A stretch of 54,084 nt of DNA, counting the filler, from Bipalium vagum (lineage: Eukaryota): assembly GCA_037834085.1 (NCBI GenBank). It is 3 parts of 3 records of this genome, joined end to end, with 100 filler letters (N's around TTAATTAATTAA, not from the genome) between each part and the next. Parts side by side here need not be neighbours in the genome. Positions count along the whole stretch, not along the records: positions 38,129 to 54,084 come from JBBMKC010135987.1; 2 more parts are not named here. One strand, written 5' to 3'. Each line of letters opens with the position of its first letter. The stretch's first letter is position 1. Shown here piece by piece: positions 40,254 to 52,812 of this stretch. The position numbers and the translations under genes are program-made. The notes beneath the pieces are model-generated. The model did no database searches, had not been told where the DNA came from, and was given only the letters and a program-made list of their open reading frames with translations.

Positions 40254-41724
40254 CAGTGGATGAAATTGAATTACTTCCACACATATTTTTGAAAATTCTA
40301 GTGAAGAAATTTACTATATATTTTTTAAATGCAGAGAACTTTTTGGTAAGTGTATAAAGGTTATAAAAATAATAGAGATCAAATAAGACCAATCTCCAGA
40401 ACACATTTAATTTTTTCTATTTTAACAGTGAAATAAAATTACTTCCACTGCATTTATATTTACAAACGTCATATAAAATTTAGTTATTTTTGAACTTTAA
40501 TATCCTGTTTGAGCTCTGTTTGCTTTAATGGCTTAAAGATAAAAATGTTAATTTTTATTAAAAAATACGTTTTTTCATGGATAACATTAAGTTTCTTGTT
40601 ATATTTATGTCAATGTTATTCCAACAATGTCGGATAGTCTTTTCTAAGCCAACAGTATAGTTAAACTGCCTCCCATTGGCGTATACATACCTAACGATGA
40701 TACCTCATAGACTTTCTGTTGGGTTCAAGTCTGGACCAAGTGATGGTCACTCTAAAAAATTAACATTTTTATCTTTAAGCCATTTTTTAATCCCTTTGGA
40801 ACCATGAATATCATGTTGAAACACGACATTTCCGGGAAATAATGGGTCTGCATAGTCAATTAAATGAACCGAAAGTAAATATATATAATTTGATATAAAT
40901 GCAAAAGGCGAATGAGAAAGCTCCCCATATCATCAATGATCTTCCGCCAAAGTTACGACTATAACATTTTCATCTTCTTTTTTCATGTCGTGTCAATAAT
41001 ACTGACAACCGTCAAAACCATCTAGATTAAACTTTTTCTTATCACTAAAAAGAAATTTTTCCCATTCCTCATTCGATGACGCCAAGCAGACTATCTTATG
41101 CTTATTGGTTGGTTTAAGTTTACCCTGTCTCTTCTTCGATTCTGATAAATTATTATCTTTTAATGCTTGTTGTATTCTCCGTACTATAACTGACAATTTC
41201 AATTCAAATTGTATTTAAGATGACAGATTACTATTATCAGCTTTGGTGAAAATATGTCGTTTATCTCTTGAAGATAAAGAGAATTTCGTTCCACTATTTA
41301 CATATTTTTCTTTATCCATGCAATAATTATTTACGATAAATCTTCCTGATTCGAACATCCTGCATCTTTTAAGGAATCAATTTTTTCACTTTTCTGTTAA
41401 TGTGAGCTGTTTTCTTTTCCCTATATTCTATATAATGAAATCATGTTTTCAAATTAGTGTGCTAAGATATCTAGAAACAATAAAGTTATCAATTTCAATT
41501 CAATTTGTGTCAAATGTGTCTCTGTAAAATATAACAATATATAATTTGGATTTAATTTAATTTTTCACCAAATATGAGTATTTCTAAACAAATATACACA
41601 ATTAATTTTAATTGTCATATTAAATATTTATTTAATTCTTTATAGGATTTTTATTTATACATAATGATATCCTATTTTTTAAAACGGTTGAATTACAGTG
41701 GAACTAATTCAATTTCGTTAAATG
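40254..41724 (-). mobile_element. Full-length decayed Tc3-like transposon
   Basis: TIR pair cagtggatgaaattgaattacttccac and catttaacgaaattgaattagttccac (reverse complement), with TA on both sides. Motifs GKRKQLT, FSDKKKFNLDGFDGCQYY, GGRSLMIWGAF and GPDLNPTE. Confidence 0.9.
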
Positions 41725-42689
41725 TATAAAGAATTGTTTAGAAATTACTCAATAATAAAAATAATCAATAGTAACATTGAAATTGATATATGGTACCAAA
41801 GTTACTGAAAGATAAAAAGAAATTGAATAAATGAAAATAATTTAATTAACTAAAAAATCCCAAGGTTAAAGTATTAAGTGATGCAAAATCTCCGATTATT
41901 AAATCAATCAAAAAGTTATCTACATGTGAATGGTAACATGCTTTTTCTCATAATTTTCTAGTCACTCAGTTTACAGAGGGAAATTTATCTGCAATGTTAA
42001 AAATAGTTTCGCACGAGAACTACTATTCAAAGAACAAACAAAATATTTCTGAAATATGAGTTTTAATTAACTTTTGTTTACACTTTCACAGATAAAAATA
42101 ATTGAGAACAAACGAGTCAAAGCTGTTAATTTTGCAAAAATTAATTTTTTTAAATCGTAATAATTGTTAATAAACCAGATTTAGAAAATTTTTAAGAATA
42201 TAGTTTAACTTAAAATCTTTGATCTACATAACGTGAACATTGAATAATTGATCAAAAATCGATCATTAATATAGGTTCTATTTACAATATGAAATCTTGC
42301 ATATTGATTAAAAATAAAATGTTAATATTAATACAAACAAAAAATTAACTTAACCTTATGTATATTGATTGCACTATTAGCTTAGAAAAAAAAATCATTA
42401 TTTTAAAATTATAAAAACAAATAATGAAAATTATATTGCATAAATCCCTTATAAAATAGATGATAAAGATTGAAAGACGAACTTAACTTAAACCAGAATA
42501 CAAGTTTGATCAGAACAGATCTTAGTTTGTGAATCTTAAAATATAATTTTGATAATAAAATGTCACAGAAAATCAAAATTTCAGTTGAAAATATTAATTT
42601 TATTAATTAAATAATTTTATATCAAAAATATTTTTTTATGATACATAAACTTATCGTATCACATTTTCTTATAAACCAAAGAAACAGAC

Positions 42690-42960
42690 AATCATTTAAT
42701 TATTATCACTGTGGAACCGTAAAACATTTTTAGTTTTCATTCTCCTCTAAATGCCCACACAAAGGATTATTGCTTACTTCCACTGTCACAAATATAAATC
42801 TATGTTTCATCACCAGTGATAATGTTGTAAATTAAATTTGAAAGCCCTCGGTAAATTTAAATAGTATTTAGAAAGTTGATAATTTAAAGCTAATTGATTT
42901 CCAAAAAAGTATCCACTAAGGTTGGAAGATTATTTTTAATCAATTAAATGATGAGTTAGT
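42690..42960 (-). mobile_element. Mariner fragment
   Basis: IYNIITGDET*IY...KQ*SFVW (ITGDETW motif). Confidence 0.55.
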
Positions 42961-44157
42961 TTAAGTTATCAGACCTTAAATTTGTTTTATTTGTAAAGCT
43001 TCATCTTAAAATAAATAAATTAATGTGTTGTCTTTAAAGTAATATCGAGTTTTTAAAAATTTGTGTTATAGAGATTATTATTGTTTTCAGTTTTGAAATT
43101 AGTTGAATATCGATTACAGTCGTTCTTCATAGTAAAGTCATGTTTGTCTTTTCTTTCAATTAAAAATCCCTTGTGTGTGATTTAAAAACCTACAGTTGAT
43201 ATAGCGGAGTTCGATTTATTTTGACCGTAAGTTTAGCTCTGGATTAGTCAAATGATAATAAGGATTATCAATAATCAAGTATTCTTTGAAAAATATATTT
43301 AATAAAATTTAAATTCTATCAAAGTATGATATCATTTTCAATTCACTTGATAGATTAATATTTTCATTCTCTATCTTCATTAAGACATCATTAATTTGTT
43401 CTAAATAATCTTTTTAACATTTTTGCTTTCATGTAGAAATATTCTAGTTTTAAATGCTCAAAGTCCTCCATATTGGTTGGTTTATTCTCCAAATTTTGTT
43501 CATTGACATGTGTTAAATCTATTCAAACAAATTTGTTTGAACAAGCTCCTCATACTCATCTTGAATGTTTTTTTACTTTTTTATGAAACCACACTTATCT
43601 AAAACAATCTACTATACTTTGTGTGGCATTATGTCCCCTACACATTTTTAATAAATATAGGAAATTCAGCAGATTAAACTTGAACTCAATTACACTTTCA
43701 TGGCAGGATAATATTCGAGTCGATAAATTTTTACGTTTCAAAAATATTTAATTTTTTCCATGCTTTTGATTCATATTTAAATTATCTAAAATATTAAAGC
43801 AAACTCAATACTATTATTTTTAAATAATATTATTATCTTTAATTTTAAATAATTTTCAGTCAGTTTTATTATTTAAAAAATTTATTCATATTAAAAATAA
43901 ATTAAATTTTTTAGAATTTCATTTCGGTTTGAACAAAGATCTGAGTTTGCTGAATTGTGCCAATGATAAAATTCTTTATTAAAAATTGTGTTTCTAGAAA
44001 TCTTTGAGATTAAACAAATTTATAGATGAAATGATTCCGGATTAGCCGAATTAAATTCTAACAAAATTTATTAACAAAAATTCTTAAGAGAACATTTTAA
44101 CACTTATGTTAAATTTAATTTTACATCTGGGCTATTTTTATTTTTTACTATTTATAG

Positions 44158-44221
44158 GCACTGTCAATGTGATCTTCCTCAACAACTCTCTTCAGAATTT
44201 TCTTAATTTTGTGTTATATTT
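44158..44221 (+). CDS. Candidate plus-strand exon (TVNVIFLNNSLQNFLNFVLY)
   Basis: Acceptor tttttactatttatag, donor gtaaga, open frame. Its phase-2 end matches exon 47946-48045. Confidence 0.35.
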
Positions 44222-45310
44222 GTAAGAAAATACTTAGTTTTTTAAAGTATTATTTAGAAAATCAACAATTCTAGGCAATAAATTTTAGAATTAAAAATTT
44301 AATTTCAACGGTAGAAATTTTTACATTCAATTATGAAATTAACTTAACTGAAAAATATAAGTGGAATACTTTTATCATTAAAACAGGGCAAGAAAGAAAC
44401 ACGAACAGTACTCTTCTAATTATTTATATTTGAACATAAGCGTTTTTCTGGATAATTTAGTAAACTTATAATAAAAACAAAAAATAATAATGTTAGTGAA
44501 AATTAATCGGAGATACAAATAAATAAAAACTAAAACAAACACATTTAAAAAGTATTCTTTCAAAACCAATGAACTGCATATTAAATATTAGGGACTTTCG
44601 AATAATCAGTTCAAGGGTGCATTTTTAATAAATTTGTGAAAATTCCCAAATTCCTCAAAACAATGCAATCCAAAACCTTCAAAATTAAAAAATGACCGGC
44701 GATTGATGGATGACAATATATTTTAGCAAAAACTAATAACATCCCTTTATGAATTGTTCTTTTAATAGCGAAATCATTATTAATTTTTCACGCTTAGTGT
44801 AAAATATCTTCATGAATAAAACTTCAATTTACAATCTGATTTTCTAGTTTTCATAGCCTTTATTAAAAGTTAATTTATATATAATGAAGAAAGGGACCTT
44901 TTAAACTCACCTCATTTTCTATATTTCTAAATGTTTAATTTTCTCAAAAGACCAATTTTAATTTTTGTAATAAAATTTTTTTAAAATGATAAAACATTCT
45001 ATCACTGTTAAAAATTCAAATCATCAAATATCTTTAGTTTTCAAGCATTTTTCAACATTATTTATAAGACCAAAATGAACACAAACAATTAAATGTTTCA
45101 AAATACGTGGAACTGAGTATAAGAAAACAATTTTTTTAAAATAATTCTTATACTCAAGCACGTTATTAATAAATGAAACCTAAATTAATTTTCTTCAAGA
45201 AATCACTAAGATTAAAAGTTTGCTAGATGTTCCTTCAATGAAACTCTTTGATATAAAAATTTAATGATGTATTCCATATCTAACGGTATAATCAGTTGAA
45301 TAAAAATTAC

Positions 45311-45472
45311 CATATTGTCAGAGATTTGTTTTTTAAAAAACGTATGGGACATCAACCATGCATTAATCTGAATATGAGCCTGCTTATTTGGAGGTATTAC
45401 GGGAATGGTGCATTCAATGTCTGCACAAATTGTCAAACGAAGATTTACTCCAAGACGGTCACATTGAATAAT
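45311..45472 (-). CDS. Integrin alpha subunit exon (calf-2, start of light chain): IIQCDRLGVNLRLTICADIECTIPVIPPNKQAHIQINAWLMSHTFFKKQISDNM
   Basis: Acceptor tttttttcag, phase 0. The C...CxxIxC...A.I.I..WL...TF pattern matches integrin alpha (cf. alphaV CLKIVC...AILYVKSLLWTETF). In frame with the furin-site exon 52813-52946. The 3' boundary (gtaatt donor) is less certain. Confidence 0.75.
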
Positions 45473-46539
45473 CTGAAAAAAAAAGATTAAAAAGCTTTTT
45501 ATTTAAATAGTCGAAAACACTTCTAGAAAACTTAAGGCATTATGGATTTTAATATTTGAAACAGCCGAGATTTTCAATTTTTAAGTAATTAGAAACAACT
45601 GGAAAATTGTTTGGATTTAACTATCTTTCCTTGATCTGACTCAATTATGCATATAAATAAATATAAAAGATATTTCTAATTATTCCATCTTTTAACTATT
45701 TTTATTTTAAGAATTTTTTAAATTTAATTTTTCTAAATGATGTTGAGTTTTAATAGTTTACCATTTTGGTTTTTTCTTTTTTTATTAATTTTATTTTATT
45801 TTAAATAATATAAAAATATTTTTCTAAATAAAGTTTTGGATTAGTAAACTAGACTTTCACCCAAAATTTTTCTAATACCGGATTAGAAATCTATTCATTC
45901 AGAAGAGACGAAAAAGAGAGTTTGAAAATCAACCATTTAATAGGAATACCTCAGCTATTGTGAATGACAAAGTTGAAAAGTACAGACTCTAATAAATCTA
46001 TTCATATAATAGTTTTGCATAATTAACTTAAATTTTCGGAATATTTGTCGAACAATAATATTTTTTCATACATTTGATATTTATGTAATGAGGGTTTTAC
46101 TCTTTTGAAGATATGGCTTATGAAATATATATCAGAAAATATATTCAATATTTTCTAATAAAAAATCTCATAGTAATCATCTTTATCTAATTTTAAAAAA
46201 TTCAAATAGATCGGAAAATCAACTTAAGGAACATATAAGATTATGTCAAGAAAAAATAAAATTGAAGCAGAATTTCCTAAAGATTATTATGAATTTATAG
46301 AAATCATTACTTCAGAAATAGAATTCCATTTTTAATATATAATAATTTTGAATTATATAATACACAAATAAAAATATTTTCAATGATTTAAAATTGATAT
46401 CTGAACAACTTCCTTTATCAAGATGATTTTAAATTAATTCAAATTATCGCAAATTATTTGAATCAACATACGTATTTTCATACATGTATATAGTAGAGTA
46501 GCTTCTCAACTTGAGTAATGATCAAGTGGATCTTGTGAT

Positions 46540-47160
46540 CAGATGACCTGTTGGAGTTCATTAGAGCCTCGATCCAACTTCAGTGCCTGGACATGCTGAT
46601 TTTCCCTTGGAAGTGTCTCAAAAACTGCCTTAATTATGTCGACTAACTGAGTTTCTGTGGTACTGGCATTTTCTTGAAAGCACGCCATATGTAATAGTCC
46701 ACCGAGTTAAGATCTGGGTAGTTCGGAGGCCTAATATTGGGACCGATAAGCTCGTAAATATTGGCTGACTTTTTCATGACGTATGATAGAAGGCTGAATC
46801 CAGCTACCATACGTATGGCTTCATATGGACCAACTTAGTAATCCAGGGCTTAACTACAGTGGATAGTAAATTCATATAGACATCTTAATTCAACATAGGA
46901 CCCTTTTACAAAAATGCGAAGGCATCATATCACCCTTGGAAGAGACACACCCGCAAATCAGGACAGTTCAGGTAAGTTTTGTCTGCATGATTTGAGGAGT
47001 ACCATTTGCTTTGTATGTGAGCCAACTGTTGTTCTGTGGGTTTTGCTTTTGATCCTGGGAAATTATTTTCTCATCCTTAAAGAACCGAATTGTTAGTGCT
47101 TCAGCAGGATGTTTCAATTTTTTCAGAATCTTTCTCACCTTGTCAGACGATTTTATCGGG
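46540..47160 (-). mobile_element. maT/DD37D-like transposase remnant
   Basis: CGCVSSKGDMMPSHF, DVYMNLLSTVVKPWI, PYVW*LDSAFYH and PPNYPDLNSVDYYIW (cf. WPPNSPDLNP.DYY.W). Deletions prevent counting the D-D spacing. Confidence 0.7.
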
Positions 47161-47189
47161 CTTCTGGGGTGAGAAGTTGATTTCTTCGA

Positions 47190-47518
47190 CGCATGTATGA
47201 ATAGCAGGGAAGGTGAAATTGGAAGTACTCACCCACCCACCGTATTCACCAGATCTTGCTCCTTCCGATTTTCACCTGTTCCGTTCAATGGCACATGGAC
47301 TTCCTGAGCAGGAGTACTTTAAATCGTACAAAGATGACAAAAATTGGGTCTCCTCGAAACTAGAATTTTTTTTTGGATGGCATCCATAAATTGAGTGAAA
47401 GATGGAAAAAATCTGTGGATAACATCGCCATTATTTTGAATAAATTATTTTTTATTTTTGTTTCGAAATTATCATGTTTTGGTTATTACGAAATCCGCAT
47501 CTTTTATTTTTACCCATA
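47190..47518 (+). mobile_element. Mariner 3' fragment (Mos1/mauritiana-like)
   Basis: EVLTHPPYSPDLAPSDFHLFRSMAHGLPEQ and a degenerate KLSERWKKSV..YFE*. Confidence 0.85.
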
Positions 47519-47699
47519 ATATGTTCAAAATTGGTTATTCAAGGTATCCTTCCTTTAATCTTCAATACATAAAAGAGCACGTTGATTTTCATTTTGAAAT
47601 GGGATTTTAAAATGTAAAATCTTAATATAATTATTTATCATTAATCGATTCTGTTGAAAAATTAACATAGACATAGAGAGTCGCAATCAGCATATTATA

Positions 47700-47765
47700 C
47701 AATATTAGGCGCATGTACTTTTGACTCAACCTGGTAGTTCGCAGGCCATAGTTTGTCCACTCCTG
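47700..47765 (-). mobile_element. hAT-type (Charlie-like) terminal fragment
   Basis: Reverse complement caggagtggacaaactatggcctgcg resembles CAGGGGTGGGCAAACT..GGCCCGCG termini. No clear partner end. Confidence 0.4.
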
Positions 47766-47945
47766 TTTTAAGGTAATCTTGATTAAGTAATTTAAAAATT
47801 TAATAAGAATAATAAGATAAATTTGATGAATACTGATTTATTAGGCAGATCTATTAGTTTGTGATACTAACATGTAAATACATGAATGAAATTTAATTAT
47901 AATTTCTAACTTTCTATAATTTTAAGCCAGATTGATTTTTCACAG

Positions 47946-48045
47946 AGTTGAATCCAGCAAATTATTATATAACTGCCTTCGGACTTATCTAGAATCAATT
48001 GGTGGAGATAACTTTAATTCTGAAGATGCAGAACATTATAGAAAG
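47946..48045 (+). CDS. Candidate plus-strand exon inside the integrin intron (VESSKLLYNCLRTYLESIGGDNFNSEDAEHYRK)
   Basis: Acceptor tttttcacag, donor AAG|gtattt, 100-nt open frame with protein-like composition. Confidence 0.45.
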
Positions 48046-48885
48046 GTATTTATTCTCAACGAGAAATAATCAATCCTTAAATCCATTGTGGGCAGTTGTT
48101 ATTTTTGTGGTCAATTAAAATAATAAAGAAATACGTTTGTGTTGAGTAATCATTTTTTCAACTAAAGCTTGGTGTGACCTCTTAACCTCTTAAGTGTCAA
48201 AATTTTATTTAACTCTCATTTATAAGAAGTAAAACTTCAACAATTTTCTGCATATTTTATTACAGAAACTAAACAAAGTTTATTCAATTAATTAAAATAA
48301 GTTAAATAAAATAATGAAATGATATACAAATGAATTAATTGAAAGAAAAGTTGTTAGGAAACTATTTCAGAAATAACCTTATTACAATTTTAAAAAAATT
48401 ATTTTAATTTAATGAATTTTCCAAAAATTTTATTAGTTCTAATATCTAAAACTTAAAATGTATTTCTTATCAAGAGACTTTAGTTCATAATAAATAAATT
48501 AAATTAAAAAATCTATTTTAATCTCACAGACAAACTGTAAAAAAATTTTGTTTTCCTTCGATTTATGAGTAATGTTAAATCGATTTTTCCTTTCATAATT
48601 GACAAGATTGATTCAGAAGATTTTAATATTAAAAAAGAAATATAAATGAATAATTCTAGATTTTTAAAAAACCCTAATTTTTTAAAATAAGCTAATTACC
48701 AAAATATGAAAAAACTCATCTACTCCTTAAATAATATTCTAAAATTAAAATAATTAAATCTTTCACAAGCACAAAGTAAAAATATTGAGGGTAAGAATGT
48801 TTATAAAAATAAACTTTAAAGTTAAAAAGTAATTTAAAATTAATGCATTAATTAAAGATGATTTTTTATTCACGTCATGTAAATA

Positions 48886-51725
48886 CCGTAAAATCTCAGT
48901 TATAATACTAACCTGTGTATAATACGCATGCTACATTTAAACCTGAAAATTAAATATTCGCATATAATATACAGCTCAATTTTGGAAAAATAATGAGGTT
49001 AAATAAGTGCGTATTATACGTGAGATTTTAGTTTTTTATAAACAAGCCATATATTTTCTGAAAATACAGACAATTAACAAGTCAGTGAGACATCTTCAAT
49101 TTCAGAGCAGCTATAAAGAAGTTCTCTAAAATGAACCTCTTCAATATCTTTTCTCTCTCAATCATAGTTTTCCACTCCACCATCATCATCTTCTGAAAAT
49201 CTTCCGTTACTTTATCGTAAAAATAAGAGTCCTTAGTTCCGTCTAATTTATTTGAAATTCCACATTTTAAGAATTTTTTCCGAATGATATTTTTATCGAA
49301 ATCATTCCAGCATGCTAGTATCTACTCGATAATTTCAAGAAGAGTGAGTTGACGCATGTTATCTCGTGCCGTAAAAGTATGTTCCCCGTTACTGTCAATC
49401 ACACCAATGCTTTCTTAAAGCATCCTTTACTGGGTTGTTGATAGATAAGTCAACTGGCTGAAGTATTTTGTTCATGCCACCTGGAATGATTACCAAATCT
49501 GATTTCATTGCTATTATCTTTTCTTTAATTGACAGCATCCGATGAGCGCGGAAAGACTCCAGGACTTTTTTATCTTTTCCCTTGTAGATTCCATGGATAA
49601 ACTTCTCAGACAGATTTCACCCAGTTCAAAGTTAAGGTTTTGTCCATCCACTCTGTAGAATGAATTGTTCTTTTTCCTTAAATTAATAATTAATAATTAA
49701 CAATTGAAGTTTATGATCGTCTGGAAGATGTTTTGAAATGTTTGTTCTTCGAACTGATATATCATAGCCCATCCATAAGAAACTTTAAAAATAGTGTTGT
49801 TTGGATTTATTTATTCTTTATTTTGTAATTCTAAAGCTTTTAAACGCAGATCTATGCACGAAATCTCTGAACCCTGTAGTCGTTTGTCACAAAACCATTC
49901 TAACAATTTTTCTTCTAAGTCCGGAAAACTTTCTTTAGATCTTCGATTTGTCATTTTCTTACTAGGCATGTTTTGAAGGGCATCTTTTCCTTTTCTCCAT
50001 AGTCCTACGTTTGTTTCATTTATGGAAAAATGTTGACTTACAACTTGATTATCTTGGGTTTCAGCTAATTTTATTATCGAGAGTTTTTGTGCAACAGAAT
50101 AGTTGCTTCTTGTGTTCATTTTCTTACTATAACAAAAAAACAGTAAATAAATTATTAGAATTAAAATAATTATCTTATCAGGTTGAATCAAAAGTTATTC
50201 ATGTTTTTAAGAAAAATAGTTTATTTAAAATTTTTTTTAACACAGATCATATTAATCCTTGATATATCCACCAGTTTCTATAACGAAGCCATCTTTCTGC
50301 CAATTGCTCAATTCCATGGCGATAAAACTCAAGCTTTTTGAGGCGGAGAATTCAGCTATTCCATTTTTAAGGTTTTTCTCTGAACCAAAGTGTCTCCCTC
50401 GTAAAAAATGAGAGAGACCAAAACATATGGTAACCAGAAGGAGCGAGATCCGGAGTATACGCTGGGTGGGGGATGACTTCCATGTCTTGCAGTTTCTGAA
50501 TTTTCCGCTTCACCATTCGTGATGTATGAGCCAGAGCATTATCATACTGTAGAAGTGGTCTCCGCGATTCAACAGTGCTGGGTAACGAGTGCTCAAAGCA
50601 TCATGAACTCGCTGTTGTTGGTCAACATAAAAGTAGCTCAGTAGCTCGACCATCCGGAAGAAGTTCCCAGTGCACAGATCCCTTGTAATTCCACCAAACG
50701 CACAACATCACTTTCTTTTCGAACCGATCTGGTGAAACTACTTGCTGAGTTCGCTGTCCAGGCAGAAGCCACAACATACCTCTACTAGAATTACGGAAGA
50801 TAACCAACTTTTCATCTCCTGTAATAATGCGCCTCCAAAATAGGTTGTCTCTGGGATTCTGTAGTAATTCACTACAAAGATCAACTCGACACTTGGCTTG
50901 ATTATTTGTCAATTCGTGGAGAGCTAGGAGTGTATTTTTATTTACAAAACCCATGTTATGCAGATGAAGAATAATGATGCTTTTAGAATGCTTGAGTTCC
51001 TCTGACAGACTTCCGATTCTTGTAATGGGCTGCTGCTCTACTAGGGCACAAAACTCTTCCTTGTTCTCTACCGATGGTAGACCTGAACATTCCTGATCTA
51101 CTTGATTAAAGCGATGAAACCACCACTGAGTCGTATTTTTCTTGAGTACATTCTTGTCTTCCACGTCACAGATTTCTCGAGTCGCAGCTGCAACTGATAG
51201 ACCCTTTTTCCAATAATGACGTAATATGATCCGATTTACTGCTTTTTCTTCAATCATTCTAACTGTAAGGATAAGTGAATGGAATTTTATAAATTTACTT
51301 TTAAAATGTTCTTCTGTTCAAGGGCTTTTAAATGATATCAAATTTTATACCAAATAATATAGTAAAACAAGAACTTTAAATGACTAAAAACATGAATAAC
51401 TTTTGACTTAATCCGATACTTTCAAATTTAAGCTTAAAACAACTAATCAACAAGTAATTCAAAAATATTTATAAATCACCCAATATTTAAACAGTAATAA
51501 TAATTATGACTCAATGATCCATTTCACTCTTTTGGTAAAATAATGAGGTAAAATAAGTGCGTAATATTTTACAAAATTATTAAATAATTACATAACAATT
51601 TTAAAAAATATTTAATTCCAGTTTTGTATTAATATAAAATAATATTAATATAAAATATAACACGCAGCCAGGTTTTTGAACCAAAACTGAGGTAAGAAGT
51701 GCGTATTAAACGTGAGATTTTATGG
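48886..51725 (-). mobile_element. POGK-like pogo transposon (decayed), interrupted by a mariner
   Basis: TA-flanked TIRs ccgtaaaatctca..tataatac and ccataaaatctcacgtttaatac (reverse complement). CDS from ATG 50119 reads MNTRSNYSVAQKLSII (Brinker-type DBD), FPDLEEKLLEWF (CENP-B HTH), SFRAH and IIPGGMNKILQPVDLSINNPVK. Confidence 0.85.
50178..51416 (-). mobile_element. Full-length mariner (1239 bp) nested in the pogo element
   Basis: TIRs tcaggttgaatcaaaagttattcatgttttt and tcggattaagtcaaaagttattcatgttttt (reverse complement) with TA duplication. 211-aa ORF 50622-51257 (IITGDEK, KVMLCVWWNYKG), then frameshifted YDNALAH and PHPAYTPDLAPSGYH. Confidence 0.92.
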
Positions 51726-52812
51726 TATTTTTAGTAAATATTTTAAAAAACGAATTATTTCTTGTATTTTTTTCTATTTACAAAACGTAAATATCAAAAT
51801 TTCCTTAGTATTTTATATTTCCAAGAAAGAAGGTTATGAAAGCATGTTTACAAAATAATAATATGTATATATAATTATATAAAATTCATAATTTTTTTTT
51901 AAACTGTAACAACAATAGTAATGTAAACTAATATCGTTTACAAGTTTCAATGTCATAGATGTGGTGATCTATAAATTATGGGAACGCAACGTTACTCCAA
52001 AATGAACATTTATGAAAAGAGCTAAACAAACAACAAGTGGGATCACACTGAGAATTGTAAAGGAGAAAGAAAAAATAATGAAATAAATTGAGTTTCTTGT
52101 ACCATTTAGAAATTTTGATAATAAAGAACGAAATTTTCAGTCATCAAATATCAAAATAATAAAAACCTCAGAATAATACGTGAAATGAAAACAGAAATCA
52201 TTGAATAATTAATATTTCCTTAAAAAAATATCTAGGTAATTTAATTAAAAATTATATTAAATTATTATTAAAAAAATTTAACTTTATTTTGAAAATATTA
52301 TATTTGTTCGATATGTATTGCAATCTCCAGTAGAAAAAACCGTTCACAGCAAACAACTACCTTTGTAAGCTTTCGCAAAATCGGACCTATGGTAATCCAC
52401 TGTATAGTACAGATTTCTTTTTATTAATATTTCCATATGTACAAAAATGGTGTGTGAAAAACGATTTTCGAAACCAGTGGATGATATTGATGCGTTCAAG
52501 CTTCATACATAAATTTATTTTCGGAAAAGTATTTTTAAAATTGGTTCACACAATATCCACCATAAAGTAGATTAGTTTGAAGAACAATAACGTATTTCGT
52601 TTTTACATAAATTGACATTTTTACCATTTTGCAATAGACATAGAGCAGCCTACGTAAGTGTTAAATTCAATATTAAACAGTATTTTATTAAATTAACAAA
52701 AATATTTTTTAAAATCACTTTTATCCTTAACTGCTTTCAAATATTCTTTTTTAAGAAATCAACTTAAAATATAATTATAAAAGAGAAAAATATATAATAA
52801 ATATTAGCTTAC

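Noticed and set aside
467-40404. Many 60-125-aa F/I/L/K/N-rich ORFs in the track (e.g. 467-652, 1257-1580, 4066-4305, 14536-14766, 37047-37424, 40192-40404)
   Set aside because: Composition expected from chance frames in AT-rich DNA, or antisense shadows of transposon or exon sequence.
52361-52500. Minus frame ...MEILIKRNLYYTV, resembling a Cys-loop receptor pre-M1 segment or an extra integrin exon
   Set aside because: No transmembrane helix follows, and the integrin exons already join in phase without it.
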